Positions 49,470 to 63,079 of a stretch of DNA of 64,000 nt are shown piece by piece. The DNA is from Phoronis australis (Eukaryota; Animalia; Phoronida), in assembly GCA_002633005.1 (NCBI GenBank), contig NMRA01000454.1:279733-343732 (forward strand), given 5' to 3'. Made by a program: the position numbers and the translations under genes. Position 1 is the stretch's first letter, and each line of letters starts with the position of its first letter. The notes under the pieces were generated by a model. The model did not search any database. It had not been told where the DNA came from and saw only the letters and a list, made by a program, of their open reading frames with translations.

Positions 49470-50476
49470 ACGCTACTGTGTGCCGCTATGCGACATGGAA
49501 ACACGATAGCGGGCATGTCTTTCCGAAAGACAAAGAACTTCAGAAAAAATGGATCATCACCGTCAAGCAATTGGATTCGAACAACTCCCGTAAACTCTGG
49601 GAAAAGCGACCGCATGATTTTTTTACGGCCACTTTACAAAGGACGATTACAGAGCAGCGGAAATTATGGTTAGTAACTGTAAATCTTACGCAGATATTCT
49701 TAGTTTAAATATTTACCGGTAGCGAATGACCATCTGCGCATTTCCTGGTCCGAGATTTCGAGTACAGTGTCCCACAATACACATGTCGTCCTAACAATGA
49801 TGAGGTTAGATTACCTGTTCGTCCGAGAACGCTGAAATTTTATCGGAATAAAAATGATATTTTCAAGTGATGTATTGTTTTTTTTTGCTAAAACTAGTAT
49901 AGTATAGATTAAGGCTATTGCAGACATTGAATTTCAGTTCTGAGTGATCACGATGGAATGGCCTTCTTGCACATCGAGTAGAATGAATTTACATACAAAC
50001 AGTTACGCCTGGATTACAGCTGTAACTAATAGTTAGCTCTGAACATTGGCAGCAGCCTCAGCCTACAAGCACGAACTCTGCATTTAAAAAGTATATATTA
50101 GCGCCAGGTTTCAGAATAACTGTATAATACTGTTTTTTACCAAAGTTCTTTAAGTCGAGTCAGTTCATCCCACATTGTTCTGTTTACTTTTAACTGTTTA
50201 TGGCTTCACACATGGTTAAAAGATAGTTTACCCCCTGTCTACAATTTCACGTAACTGCCAAATCTTAGAACGCGAAAATGGGTTTGTTTTGGCAATTTTT
50301 CTCCTCAACTGATATGGGATCCTATGTTGAAAGTCCAAGATGAGATACTTAACATATGTTGTAACATATTTAGCTCAAAGAAGAAGACTGAAGCCAGGTG
50401 GTGTTCCCACCTTCTTAAAGAATCCAACTTCTGTATCAGCCAGATGTGAACGACTAGCTAAACGACAAAAAAGTTG
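49470..50476 (+). pseudogene. Degenerate spliced THAP-domain gene fragment (transposon-derived)
   Basis: YCVPLC..HVFPKDKELQKKW..HFTKDDY in shifting frames, then GTtagt..tttAG and QRRRLKPGGVPTF. Confidence 0.6.
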
Positions 50477-52489
50477 TAAGTATTTCAAACATGATATTCA
50501 TAGAGTATCCGCTCTGGATGCAACGTTCGGCTAAGCATCCTCCTCGTTTTTCTCGAAAGTTCACTTTAAAACGCCCACGTTTTTTTGTGTCGTTTTTTTT
50601 TAGTTTCGTAGTTTAAACATTGGTGTTAATGGCTACGGCAAGAAATGGAGATTCCCGTAGTCGATAGCTTAAAGCGATAGATGTCTGTGTCCATCATAGC
50701 TGAATTCATTGGCTCATACTAAAGGACAGCAATATTTTTTTCTTTATAGCCAAAATCTCTAGTATTTGTAAACGGCAAACACCTTTTCATGTCGTAGTAT
50801 ATTATGTTTGTTATTCATTCAGCTGATACATAAAATGACAAATTTCAATCAGATACTGGACTTGCTTTAAAAAATGAAAGGTAGTGTCTGCATAAGAAAC
50901 TTTCACAATCAATGTCTGTTAAAACGGGCATTCAAGTCTCTCATGAATCGTCACTTTCATTTCATGAGAGGATTGCTTGGCTTTATCTTAGCAGACAGGG
51001 AAGCCTGTGGCGCAGTTTAGCATGTGTTGAACCACACATTATGTAACTCTCCCATAACATTACATCACAACCCACGTGACGAAAATGCCGATGATTCGGT
51101 ATTTGGTTAATGGAAGACTTCGTGATGGATACACTGTGTTTCATTCTTTTAAAGCAAATCAGTCCAAGAACTTTGGCTCGTATTACTGTTCATGTCAATA
51201 GCAAAACCTTACTAAAAGCCATAATCTTTGTGTAATTCTAGCCTTATCCACTATCCATGTATAATTGAAGTTATCTTTCACATTTAGCTACAATTTATCT
51301 AATTGTTCAACCTAAATATATTCTTGAAATTAATTTGTTTCCTCAGAAAATAATTGTTATCACAGTTTTTCTTTTATTCTTTTTCCCTGCTCTTTTTACC
51401 AACTAGTTGTAAAAAAGTCGTAATAACGTTACTTTCCGGAGGAACCAGTCTTTGACGAAATGACAGTCGGGGCTATGGTAGAAGGTGTCCTGTGTGAGTT
51501 GATTCTTCTTGCTGGTCACTGTCTCTCGTGTCGCAACATCTGCAGGCACTTTCTTCTACCAACGATTCCTCTCATTGGTCACAGTCCCTCGTGACTCAAC
51601 ACGTGTAGTCAGTACATGTATCTTACTACTCACGATACAAGTGACAAGGCCTCAGTAACCTTCCTGTTCGTTAACACTTGCCCATTCCAAGATCCTCTTT
51701 AGAATCTTCCACGGCATGACAATTCCCTCTGTACACTGCAGCAAGACTTCCAACTTCAACTACTATACCTCATTTGAATATCCTATTATTTTCAGCCCAT
51801 ATTATAATATTTTACTTATTTAGCGATTGGCTAATAAAAACCACATGGTCTTATCTAATCTTATCATTGGCTGTTACGATTTGCTCTCAGGAATTTCTAG
51901 AATCTCTAGAGTGCTTTGACCTCAGAACCAAAGTACAAAAAACATCTAAAGTAGATTTTGACGTTAACATACATGTCAACAAGTTTGACCCAGGGATTAC
52001 ATATGCACAAATTTTGAACAACAAAAAATGGATCTATTCTTACTAACTTAATCAATATTTATTATGACTATTTTTAAAACCACTTAAACATTTGTAGATT
52101 TTACTAATACACTTCTGTGTTCATTTTCAGAAGATATTTTGAAATTATAATTTCTTCATATGCGACACAAAACAGGATCCGGAGCGTGGTTATGCGATTT
52201 ATCTTTTTTCTAGGCACGAGTAAGATTTAGAAGCGCAAAGGAAAAACCCACACACAAATGCAAAAGGGTGGGTGCTTAACATTTTGGCCTCACGCATTGG
52301 CCATTTAAGTGTTTTCTATTTGGTTTTTGTTGGTAAATCACATTGCAAACTCAAAAAGCAAAAAGAACAGTGAAAGTGGCCTAATGCCATTTGCTGTGCA
52401 TTGGACGTGCACAGGGGTCATGGTTGAGCCCATTGCATGAAACACCTGAGCTACAGTGTATAGCACGAGAGCTCCATTATGGTTCTTCA

Positions 52490-52910
52490 GGCACAAAATG
52501 CAGAACGCTTGCTCCTATCTTTGCGACTACGTCTTCATTCTCACTGCCATCAATTCCCAGATGGACCATGAAGCAAAGTTTATTGACGGTTCTTTCAATT
52601 GCAAGCTTGTTAAGCTCATCAGTACAAGCATTAACACAACGAGGGTTGACCCTTAGGTTCTTTAGGACTTTTACTGCTGCCTGGCTATCTGACAAGATGG
52701 TAATTGGCTGAGTGCCAAGCTCGGTGTGTATATCGTGCCATTTGAGCATCTCTTATTTACAGTGATCTCAGCCTGGAACACCGTGGCAAAATTGCTAAGC
52801 GATACCCAGCCAAGTTTATGCATCTAAACAGGAAGGCTTGGAAAATAGACTCCAGAACCAGCCTGGCCATTTTCCAGATGGGATCCAATCCGTATAACAA
52901 ACCATCTCTT
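52490..52910 (-). mobile_element. RNase H fragment of a non-LTR retrotransposon
   Basis: CYTD(G)S with a 1-nt insertion, ATVFQAEI, ILSDSQAA and HLGIDGSENEDVVAK. Confidence 0.75.
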
Positions 52911-53724
52911 TCTTGTGTTCTTCGGTAGGCCAATCATCACCAATTCCCTTCACTTGAAGAAATTGTTCGTGTGATTTAAAGCTGTGATCTGGACATCACT
53001 AGGCATGTTCCATAATTGCCCAGTCTTGGCCATTAGCTTATTGCAAACATTCCTGTGGCTTCTGTGTGCAACGGAATCAGGGGTGTGAATTTTCACCCAC
53101 TGACCGAAGTGCAGCTCCTGCAACTTCACCCTCAAGGTACATGTATATGTACAGTGGTGGTAGAACGATTAGCATGTCTAGGGCTGCAGAAGGCGTTCTT
53201 GGAAAAGCAGAGGTTATGCACAAACAAGCTGAACGTTGCAGCTGATTAAGTTTGTTGAATTTTACTGCCTTTTGTTTAACACTTTCACAGCTAATTTCTT
53301 CGCATAACCGGTTTGTATACAGTGCTTGTCATGCATATCACGTCATATAACAACAAGCCGGAGCACACGGCAACAAGATATTGCAGTCATGCAAATAAGT
53401 CCATAGCTATGGAATAAATAGGTTATCCAACATACATAGGAATACTACTGCGATATCCTATGTCGACTTCATTTCGTATGGGAATGTTCGAACTGGACCT
53501 TCGATCTCGCTGGCACATTCCCAGATGAAATAAATTCTCGATAGATTATGGCAGTAATTTTCCTATGTATTTGGGATAACCTATACATGTATACAGTGTA
53601 CATGTATGATCGTAAATTTGAAAAAGTGTCTAAGCTTTCTTAGATTATCGTGAACTGATATAATTCAGCACGCTTTACAAACACGTGAATACTGTGAGAT
53701 TTCAAAATGTAGAAATGATGTGAA

Positions 53725-56700
53725 ATGGTATCTCTGCATGGCTGTTTTATAGGTAAAATTGTAATTGAATGCCTCGGGTCATCATCATGCTTATTCAGTC
53801 GACCATTGTACTTTCAACTGATTATCATCACATTATGTTACAGGAAGAATACTAAGGGCGTTGATGCTTCTAGGATATTTCAAATATATAGGTAAGGCTT
53901 CAACAACGTATTCGTAGATTATAATTTGCCGATTTTCAAAAATGGTGCGCTGACTTTGTGTGACACTTAGGCCTAGTACTGGATGATAATTTAGTGTTAC
54001 TTTTTCTTCACACTACTAAATGGCATTACTTGGAAGATATTCCATGCAGTCTACTAATACCATACATCAATTAATTTGAATTGCAGACCACAAATCCTCA
54101 AATTAGCCAACATTTGAGCTTGTCGGAAAATCAGCCTCTCGGATATCCGCCGTCTTCGGAATGAGCTTTCGCAGAGAGTTCGAACTCAATGGTCTGTCAA
54201 CGTGAGCTCGAGAATATTATAGCTTACGTAGCAAAGTTAATAAAGGCAAGTTTCCTCCTGGTGGCCTTTAGTGTCGAGGAACTTACTTGAGGTTAAACTC
54301 TGAGCATCGGTTTCAATCTCTAGCTTACAGTTCTAATGCGGGGGCCATCAAGAGGATTGCACTTGCATTTATGTAAACTGTGATGAAGTTGAGCGCACAC
54401 GAACGAACAATTATTGCCCGTCAATTGATATCTTAGAATTAAGTATCATACATTTACATGTCAAATTCGAGATGAACATCAAATATTAAGCTGCGCACGT
54501 CGAAATAGCGATGGCGTGAACACAATTTATCTCACGGCCGAAGTAATACTGCGCATATAACTACACAGGAACCAACTTATTCACTTGAAGATTAGACTTT
54601 TTACTTTTCACTCAACCATTTACGTTTTTGTGAATTCGTAAATTGAAGCACTCATTTGCCTTATTGGCTGGTTTTAGGGTCATTATATGACGTCATTTGA
54701 TCAAAACTAAGATTACAGAATGACAGACAATTTGATTAGTGGTTGTTATAGAAACGTGAAAAGAGGCGAAATATAGCAGGTAATACCGTTTGCGTCTCCC
54801 TTAATATGTCAAAGGAATTTGATTTGGTTAGTACTGACAAAGTGTACAAGAATTTTCCTCTCAATCTTTTGGTTTATACCCATCACACCAATCGGCGAAA
54901 AGCCATTCAATGGCGCTTCTCCTCTCTTTAAGAGCAGATTGGCTAGATTGAAGACTACTCTGACGATGAACTACAGCGCTTCTGTTTTTGACTGAATACT
55001 TTTTGCATGTACTGTTTATGTTGGCTATGTCTACGAACAGATTAAAAAGTAATCGTTTATATTACGCAGTGGTGGATCCCGTTTAAGTTAAGGTATAGCT
55101 ACTGGGTTCGTACAACCCAAGCGTGCGTTCTGTAGGCGGGAAAATCTCGCGAAAATTCAAAATAACGCAAGACTTCGCGAGATTTGGCTATGCATTTTAA
55201 GTGAAGCATGTGATCACACGTACTTCAGGTACAAAACGCTTCATGTTTGCTAATGGGTTATCAATTGAAACTTGGCACGTTATTTATCAAAACGGAGTTA
55301 TTTAGTTATAATTGCACACAACTGATGGCAGATTGGCATAAAATCAAAGAGAAAGCCTGCTTGTTTCTACTCTTAGAAAGAAAATATTTACTTTGAAAGA
55401 CTTAGTTTAGTAGATTTTTGCTTGTTCTATTTGTCGCTTAGGTCCTACATAACCTTAAAGAGTTCTCACCATGTACTGTCCTAGTTTTTGAGGTTTCAGT
55501 TTGCTAATGTGAAATGGATATCATAAAATGTATTTAAGAAAGCAAATTTTCTGCCAAATACATGTAGTCGCGATTTTTTGTCTTGTTAGTTACTTCCAAT
55601 TTTTCCGTCAAATGATGTGATACGTGGAAAACGTTCGGTCACTAGACAATCGATTGCATTGGCGTCCCACAGCAGATCAGAAGACGCGGATGATTATGAG
55701 TGAAAACTGGACAATTACTATGCAGAAGGAGAGGAAAGTGGGCACGGGAATCAAACCCAACACATGAAGAATCAGGCAATGAATTCGATTTCCCACTTAC
55801 AGTAAAAACTTTCGTCGGGTTCAGGGGCGGATCCAGTATTTTAGGGGGGGGGGGGGGCGGGNATCTGGGAGAGTCTTAGGGGGGGCATGGCCCCTTGGCC
55901 CCCCTCTAAATCCGCCACTGGGGTTTTAGGCCGTATGAACTCGACCCACTTGCACGAGAAATGCCGCAGACTTGTGTGAACCACAACCAATTGAATCACG
56001 GAGTGGCCAATATTAAAGAAATAGACACTTAATAATCAATGACAAAATACTTTTATAACATGTAGAAAATCCACACACGCACCTTTTCTTGTCTGAAAAA
56101 GGCGATTCTCTGCGGACTTTCCTCACATTTCCTCAGTATCGCATCAAAAACGGCGGAGAGACGGTCTTCCACTCTCTACTTACAACCACGATAACAACAA
56201 AATGCTTTCAAAATAATTTTGGCTTGTTTCTTAGCAACTGCTATGAAATCTCTTAAAAAGTACATGTATTACTAAAATTCTTTTTGAGTCACAGAGTCTT
56301 GGTAAGAACTATTGTAGGTCATGAACAGAAACCAGATTGTGACGTCATTATTTGGTAATTGCTACATGTAAGTTTCAACTCGTTTCAAGGTTTACTAATT
56401 GGTGGTCAACACCATGATTTAAGTACAATCCTGAGATCCCGGTACATTCCAGTGCATGCCTGTGAGCCCGGAAGATTTGGAGAAAACTGCAGCAAAATGT
56501 GCCACTGTATTAACAACGAGACGTGCAACGAACACACAGGCCAGTGTAACGCAGGCTGCCACAAACGCTACACGGGTGACGCCTGCCAACAGCGTAAGCA
56601 TGACCTCACCATAATCCCAATAATTTTTNNNNNNNNNNNNNNNNNNNNNNNNNNNNNNNNNNNNNNNNNNNNNNNNNNNNNNNNNNNNNNNNNNNNNNNN

Positions 56701-59700
56701 NNNNNNNNNNNNNNNNNNNNNNNNNNNNNNNNNNNNNNNNNNNNNNNNNNNNNNNNNNNNNNNNNNNNNNNNNNNNNNNNNNNNNNNNNNNNNNNNNNNN
56801 NNNNNNNNNNNNNNNNNNNNNNNNNNNNNNNNNNNNNNNNNNNNNNNNNNNNNNNNNNNNNNNNNNNNNNNNNNNNNNNNNNNNNNNNNNNNNNNNNNNN
56901 NNNNNNNNNNNNNNNNNNNNNNNNNNNNNNNNNNNNNNNNNNNNNNNNNNNNNNNNNNNNNNNNNNNNNNNNNNNNNNNNNNNNNNNNNNNNNNNNNNNN
57001 NNNNNNNNNNNNNNNNNNNNNNNNNNNNNNNNNNNNNNNNNNNNNNNNNNNNNNNNNNNNNNNNNNNNNNNNNNNNNNNNNNNNNNNNNNNNNNNNNNNN
57101 NNNNNNNNNNNNNNNNNNNNNNNNNNNNNNNNNNNNNNNNNNNNNNNNNNNNNNNNNNNNNNNNNNNNNNGCCACCACAGTCACAACCACCGTCGTCATC
57201 ACCACAGTCACCACCGTCACAACCACAGTCACCACCACTTCCACCACCACCAATGCCATAACCACCACCTCCACCGCCACCACCAACATCACAACCATCA
57301 CCGCCATCTCAACTACTACCACCATTGATGTCTCTTCCTTTCTCCTGGAACTCGCGACTTCCTTTCCGCTCTCTATCTAACCTAAAGCTGTTATTCCAGC
57401 TATCCAGTGCCCACTCAAGGACACGTTCGGATTGGAATGTAACAAAACGTGTCACTGTGTTGAAGGTGGAAAGTGCCATCCCATCACAGGCAATTGCACT
57501 TCCGGTTGCATGGAAGGTTGGGAAGGGGATGGTTGTCAAGGTGAGCGTTTGGTTAAAAGTACAAATAACGCTAACTGTGCAATAACATTCTTCTTCATCA
57601 ATCCAAGCTTTAGTTTCTTTCTGCCGCGACATCCCGAGTAAATTCTCATAACATCTACATGTAGTTCCATACATTAAAGCATTCCTCGTTTTACTTAAAC
57701 AATATAGCAATCGCCGAGCTTAGTATGTCTCGGATTCTCAACCGATGCTCATGGTTTTCAGTCAATACCGAAGACGACGAAACGGGCCAGTTGGGTAAGT
57801 TTACGTTACAACTCACTGCTTATGACGCATATTCACGAACGTAGGCAAAAGTCGCCTCACAAACCTTGCTAAAGCAGTCACTTGTGCGCCAAGAGTTCAA
57901 CCTGGACTCGGACGGTTTGATCTCCCAATTTGATCTGTAAATATTCTGGGGGTTCGTATCTGCTATTAAAATCATTTAGATTAAATGTATCATTTTAGAA
58001 ATGGTGTTTTCAATTCCTTACCCCACAATGTGGGTGCAGCCATTAAAACTAACATTCTACGTGACCCAAGAGCAGAAATATTGAACAAAATGTATTTTAC
58101 GGGCGCTTTTTGTGAAATTTCAAGATGGCCACCAAGATGGTCACCAATAAAATTAAAATTTCCAATTCACTGACCTCAGAACTGCAGGTGCAGCCATAAA
58201 ACCTAACATTCTCAGTGAACCAAGAGCTGATATATTGGGCAAAATCCATTTTTAAAAATCCAAGATGGCCTCCAAGATGGCCACCGAAAAAATGGAATCA
58301 ATTATTTTCTGATTCGTCTCTCCATGAGGTTTCCAAAATGTATTGTTTCTACTTTCCGCAAAAAAATTCAACGAATGTCAAAATTTGGATATAGTGAACC
58401 TGACTATTGTGTTGTTAATTGCCATTCTACTTTAAACGGGGATCAAGAGGTGTGTCTATGAATGAGTGGTCAAGTTATGAAAGAGGCAAGGGACGCGAAA
58501 ACTAGTCAAAATATCTTCTTAAACAACTACTGACGAAATTACAAAGCCGCAACGTCTACTGCAGCGTTGTGCACTTTTCCATATGGTGGAATTTCGAGAA
58601 ATTATCATCAAATTTACAGTTTTTGAAATACGCGCTAAAGAAAACTCTGTAGTCACCACAGAGATTCTAATCTCGCTCCCACAAATGCGCGCACGCGCTC
58701 ACAATCATTCGCGAAGCATCTGACTGACAAGATGGAAATAAATGTCAGATTATGATATGTGATTACACTGCGAATCTTATGTCGACATTACAGTACGAGG
58801 CAAGCAAATAAACCAAGCAATCTCCCGAAATAAGAATTCCAAGCGAATTTCCAAATCTATTAGAATATTACTGTACATCAATCATTAAATTTAAACACAA
58901 CTTACATCAACTGCTTTTAAATTTATCTGGCTGCTGGTTGACGTCAAAGGTTAAAGGTAACAATTTCCATACACGTGGTGATGCGTCTATGTCTTGCCTT
59001 GCCAAGTAACAAAAAGTGGTTTGCCCCATGTGTCCGAGAAATCGACAAAATGACTAGGACTTGACAGATCGATTTTATTTTTGAAATTTGAAATTAAAGA
59101 AAAAACTTTGACATCAACAGTATTTCATTTTTACGAGCAAACTGTAAGAACCTTATATATATATATTTATATATACATGTATATATGGGGTGGAGGATCT
59201 CAAATCACTACGATGGCCTTGTCTATTGTATAGATCAAATATTTTTTTCGACAGAGGCGTTTTTGACATTGTTTATTACTTTGAAAATAAATGTGGTCAT
59301 GTGAATATCGTGTCGAGTAGACAGTTTGGGCAGGGAACTACTTTGACCAATGTAACTTAGCCTGTCTTTCGCATTCCATGCCTATTTAGGATAGACTACA
59401 GTGAGTTTCTACTCCATTATCGCACTTGATAAGATTAAAGTAGGGCCGGGTGTGAATACGTTTGCTACCAAAACATTTTCCAGAAAAAAAAACGCTATAG
59501 GCCTACTGCTCTCTTCTACGTCTTTGTCTATACATCAAGTGTTGTAGTACGTCTATTTAATAATCTTCAATAGCAAAAATTTATTCCAGTCTCAGACGAA
59601 ACTGCTGTCTCAAAGGACGATCTGCTTATATTGTTAGCCGCTGGTTTACCCGCCGTGTTTATCATCATTGTCGCTATCATAGTGTGCACGTGCTGTCGTA

Positions 59701-59876
59701 AGAAACCACAGTCGCTCGCACCGCCGAGCGACAACATAGCAATGAGCTCTCACATGACGGAAGAGTCAGTTGCAGACGTTCAGTCCGCCATGACGGAGGA
59801 ATCCGAAGAGTCGATGACAGCGTCGTCTGCGTCCAGTTTCACGAGTTCGATGACCGGCTTTAGCTCATCATACTAA
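53725..59876 (+). CDS. Small EGF-like type I membrane protein gene (about 225 aa): exons 53725-53752, 53844-53891, 56453-56593, 57400-57540, 57762-57794, 59590-59876
   Basis: All junctions are GT-AG phase 1 and sum to 678 nt. Protein: MVSLHGCFIGRILRALMLLGYFKYIVHA (signal-peptide-like, ending VHA), 2 EGF-like repeats, NTEDDETGQL, TM LLILLAAGLPAVFIIIVAIIVCTCC-RKK, Ser-rich tail. The first two exons are less certain, and an N gap lies in intron 3. Confidence 0.7.
55822..55920. mobile_element. Short MITE with CAGGGGCGGAT..ATCCGCCACTG termini
   Basis: Imperfect terminal inverted repeats around a G/C-run hairpin core. Confidence 0.65.
57171..57324 (+). repeat. Degenerate (ACC)n microsatellite bordering an assembly gap
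   Basis: Imperfect acc/cac triplet array directly after the N run. Confidence 0.85.
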
Positions 59877-60060
59877 AACGGGTATCTTAAATGTAAATTC
59901 GTGAAACTACAATAAGGAGTGGGGCGTTCTTTTAGGCCAGCGGAGTATGATGCTTTTTGTTTTTTAAGTGTGCGATTTCCGTTGAAGTGTCGTACCTAGC
60001 ACCACTTTACTGTGCATCTCCTATAATTTATCAAAATCGCCATCGTCAAAATGTATGGTG

Positions 60061-60120
60061 AAGTCGACTCTGTTCTGACACGAACAGGAAAAGTCGACTC
60101 TGTTCTGACACGAACAGGAA
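60061..60120 (+). repeat. Exact 30-bp tandem duplication
   Basis: aagtcgactctgttctgacacgaacaggaa occurs twice in a row. Confidence 0.95.
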
Positions 60121-62989
60121 CGCTCTGCACGGCATGAGACGGGCATAACACAAATGAGCTTGCGAGTTGAAAACCGGAAGACCTTATTACACAAGTAATT
60201 CGAGAAGTATTGCTGAGGTGATGGAAATTACAGAGAGCTAAAAGAAATTCGTGATTTCCATCATGTATGGATAGCAGTTGCGTGGATTATGTGTTCATCA
60301 ACCGATTTCACGAACGTGTAGTCTAGTCTAAATGGCCCGCTGGATGTCGCTGTCCACCCAATTTTGGCATTTACTTACAGGTGGATTTCGTCGTGGCTAA
60401 GTTGTCATTGTTGTTTTCTTAACCAAATCGCTTGAGGGTTTAAAAGTAACTGTCTGGGAAATGCATGCAATACCGAAAACACATGTCTTTGGAATTACTT
60501 GTAACTTGTAACACATTCTTAGTATAGAAATGGACACTCCCCAAAATATCGGTTTATTCCAGAAAATGCTATGGTCTTTCATTTTCAGCTAAATTTGGCA
60601 GGTCTGGCGTCATCTGTATGAGGTATTTTTCAAATAAAGATTGTAAAAAGTAATCCATATCCTGCTAAAGCATGCCTTCAACAGCACTCAAAAATCAAAA
60701 ATAACAGATCGTGTCAAAGGTTTCAATTTGAATGTTTGGACTGGGTAACCGCTGGTGTTCACAGGTCGTACAGAATTAAACAGATTAAGGACGCAATATC
60801 TGCCAATGCCGAAAATCATCAGATAGGAGACATATACGGTTTTATCCTCCAATGACTTACAAGAAACGCAGCCGCCGTTGTGTGAGTAATTCCGCTACCT
60901 CGTGCCGTAAAGGTTCTTCAAACACACTCTTTGTTCAAAGTCGGCACTGTAGGCCGCCACTGTTCTGTTATTACTAAAATAGTAGATTTTATAGTGCATT
61001 TTGTACTGCGTACAGTTGTCACTGCTATAAACCTTGTTATCAATCGTACACTTAACAATCAACTGTGAATTGGCCACGCTAGGACCACAAAGAAGATTAC
61101 TTCCTATCACAGCCGCTAGGGGGCGCTGACTTCTAAAGCATAAATGACAGGGGCTTAAACGACGGGCAACGGGCCTGTTTGGTAAGAAATTCGCTCTCAC
61201 GTTCCACACAATTATTTCCGAAACATACTTACATGTAAATCACACTGAGAAGTGCCAGCGTAAGACTGAATTTCTGTCCTACGTGTAGGTCATCAGTCAC
61301 TATGAAATTAAACTCTGGTCAAATGGGCAGCTCAACATTATTTTGTACCTGAAGTGAGTTATCCTGAAATAAAATTGTAAATTGTCGAATTCATGACTTT
61401 ATAGAGTGTCATATTTCAGGGCAAACAAGATTGATAATGTTCTGATAGTTTGTAGCAAGTGAATGGTGCCAACTGAAGGTGTGGGCAATAAATAATGTCT
61501 CATACTTTTACGAAAATGTCTTCAACAAGAACACCAAACAACTTCAAATACGCATGCGCTCCTCGAAGTCCAACATACACCAACACTGAAAGGACAGGGC
61601 ATAGGAAAACATCAGGTGTCCGTATACTACCACTGGGTTAGGCATTATTGTTGTGATAATGAACGCGAGTATGGTTACATCAGCAATGTGAAGTATTTTC
61701 CACTTGTTAGGGATTCGCTATTGAACTAACACGTATTTGAAAAGCGAGGCACGAGAAAGGTCAAAACAAAATTTTGCATATGTCAGATTACTGGCACTAA
61801 TGCAGCGTGACTGAACTTCTTAACATGACATGTATGTCTCATTAAATTATCAATACGCAAATGAAGTACAACTTTACAAACAACCTCGGTGTGCCGGAAA
61901 CAATCCGAGATCCAATTACAACTTCGTGAAAGTCTCGTTCTGCGAAAATATTTTTATGTAAATGAGTATGGTAATAGGTCATTGTTGACCCTAATGAAAC
62001 AAGGCTTATTGTTATTGCTTGTTCACTGATTTCACTATCAACGAACGATTCGGTAATATTTGGAATTACTGGGGTTTTCTATATGTTCGCACTTGTTTTT
62101 CAGTGCATCATTTGTTATGTTGTCTTGAAAACCGCAATTTATTTACAAATTGTTTCTATTCCTGATTATACTTGTACATAGGATTCTCCAAAAATTCACA
62201 AAGTGGCACGTGCTGCAAATTTAAATATTCGCGGTTTTATTTATCTTTAAACTGATACTTGCACGCCAGTTCCATATCTCTATGTGACTGCCTGATCAAG
62301 TTACATGTAGTTAAAAACACAACATATACTGGCGACATGAAAGTAGGTCATTAGTGAAAAGGTCATCTATTTGCAGATTTTTTTTTGTTTCCAATACAAG
62401 TTGTAAATGAATACAACTGCTCTTTGTTCAGCTGAGATGATGTTCGAACAACATTGTCGTTTAGTTCCAGCTATACATAAGCATAGTTAGGAGCATGCAA
62501 ATACATGTTTAAAGTCGACGCAAAAAGTCCTCATGGTCCAATGAAGCCTCGACCGATTTGCAATGTTCACGTATTTACTTTTGAGGGGCATCATAGATTA
62601 TAGACAACAGATTCGCAACTCCGGCATATTCTTACGAGCTGAGTTGAACTCTCCTGACCTATCTGCTGCAGTTTCCGGTCAGTGTAATTTGACGAGAAAT
62701 ACTTGCATCTACTTTATTGTCCAAAACAGCGAAAAAACATTAATTTATATTAATTTCGGTATTGAAACGCTTTTCAAAGTCTTTCAATAGTAGAAGTGTT
62801 GGTATTGTGAGTACTTTTGCCAATGCTACTGGTAATTAATTTCAAAATTCAAACTTCGGTTCCGACCCTTTATGTCGTCTGCTTGCCCAATAGCAGCATA
62901 GTTATCGGACAGTTTTTGATTTACGGTTCACATAGGCCTACTGAGAAAACTACGAAAGCGTGTTGATAAATCAACATTCTCAAGTGAGC

Positions 62990-62998
62990 AGTTCTTCT
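62990..62998 (-). promoter_or_regulatory. Candidate histone downstream element (U7 snRNA-binding HDE)
   Basis: Purine-rich AGAAGAACT begins 14 nt 3' of the distal stem-loop. Confidence 0.5.
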
Positions 62999-63012
62999 GG
63001 GAAGTGTTGAGT

Positions 63013-63028
63013 GGCCCTTAAAAGGGCC
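63013..63028 (-). terminator. Histone-mRNA-type 3' stem-loop (distal)
   Basis: Minus strand CCAAC-GGCCCT-TTTA-AGGGCC-ACTCA: 6-bp stem, 4-nt loop and A/C-rich flanks matching the SLBP consensus. Confidence 0.85.
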
Positions 63029-63053
63029 GTTGGTTGTAGGTATAGCGTGAAAT

Positions 63054-63069
63054 GGTTCTTAAAAGAACC
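63054..63069 (-). terminator. Histone-mRNA-type 3' stem-loop (proximal)
   Basis: Minus strand TCAAC-GGTTCT-TTTA-AGAACC-ATTTC, starting 10 nt after the TGA stop. Confidence 0.8.
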
Positions 63070-63079
63070 GTTGAATAAT

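Noticed and set aside
55135-55162. E2F/CHR-like motif cluster (ggcgggaaaatctcgcgaaaattcaaa)
   Set aside because: It is intronic with no associated ORF, and it shows such motifs can occur in repeats or by chance.
56359-57325. Long ORFs of 300 aa and 239 aa in the ORF track
   Set aside because: They are artefacts of translating through an N gap and a microsatellite; the same applies to 47266-47466.
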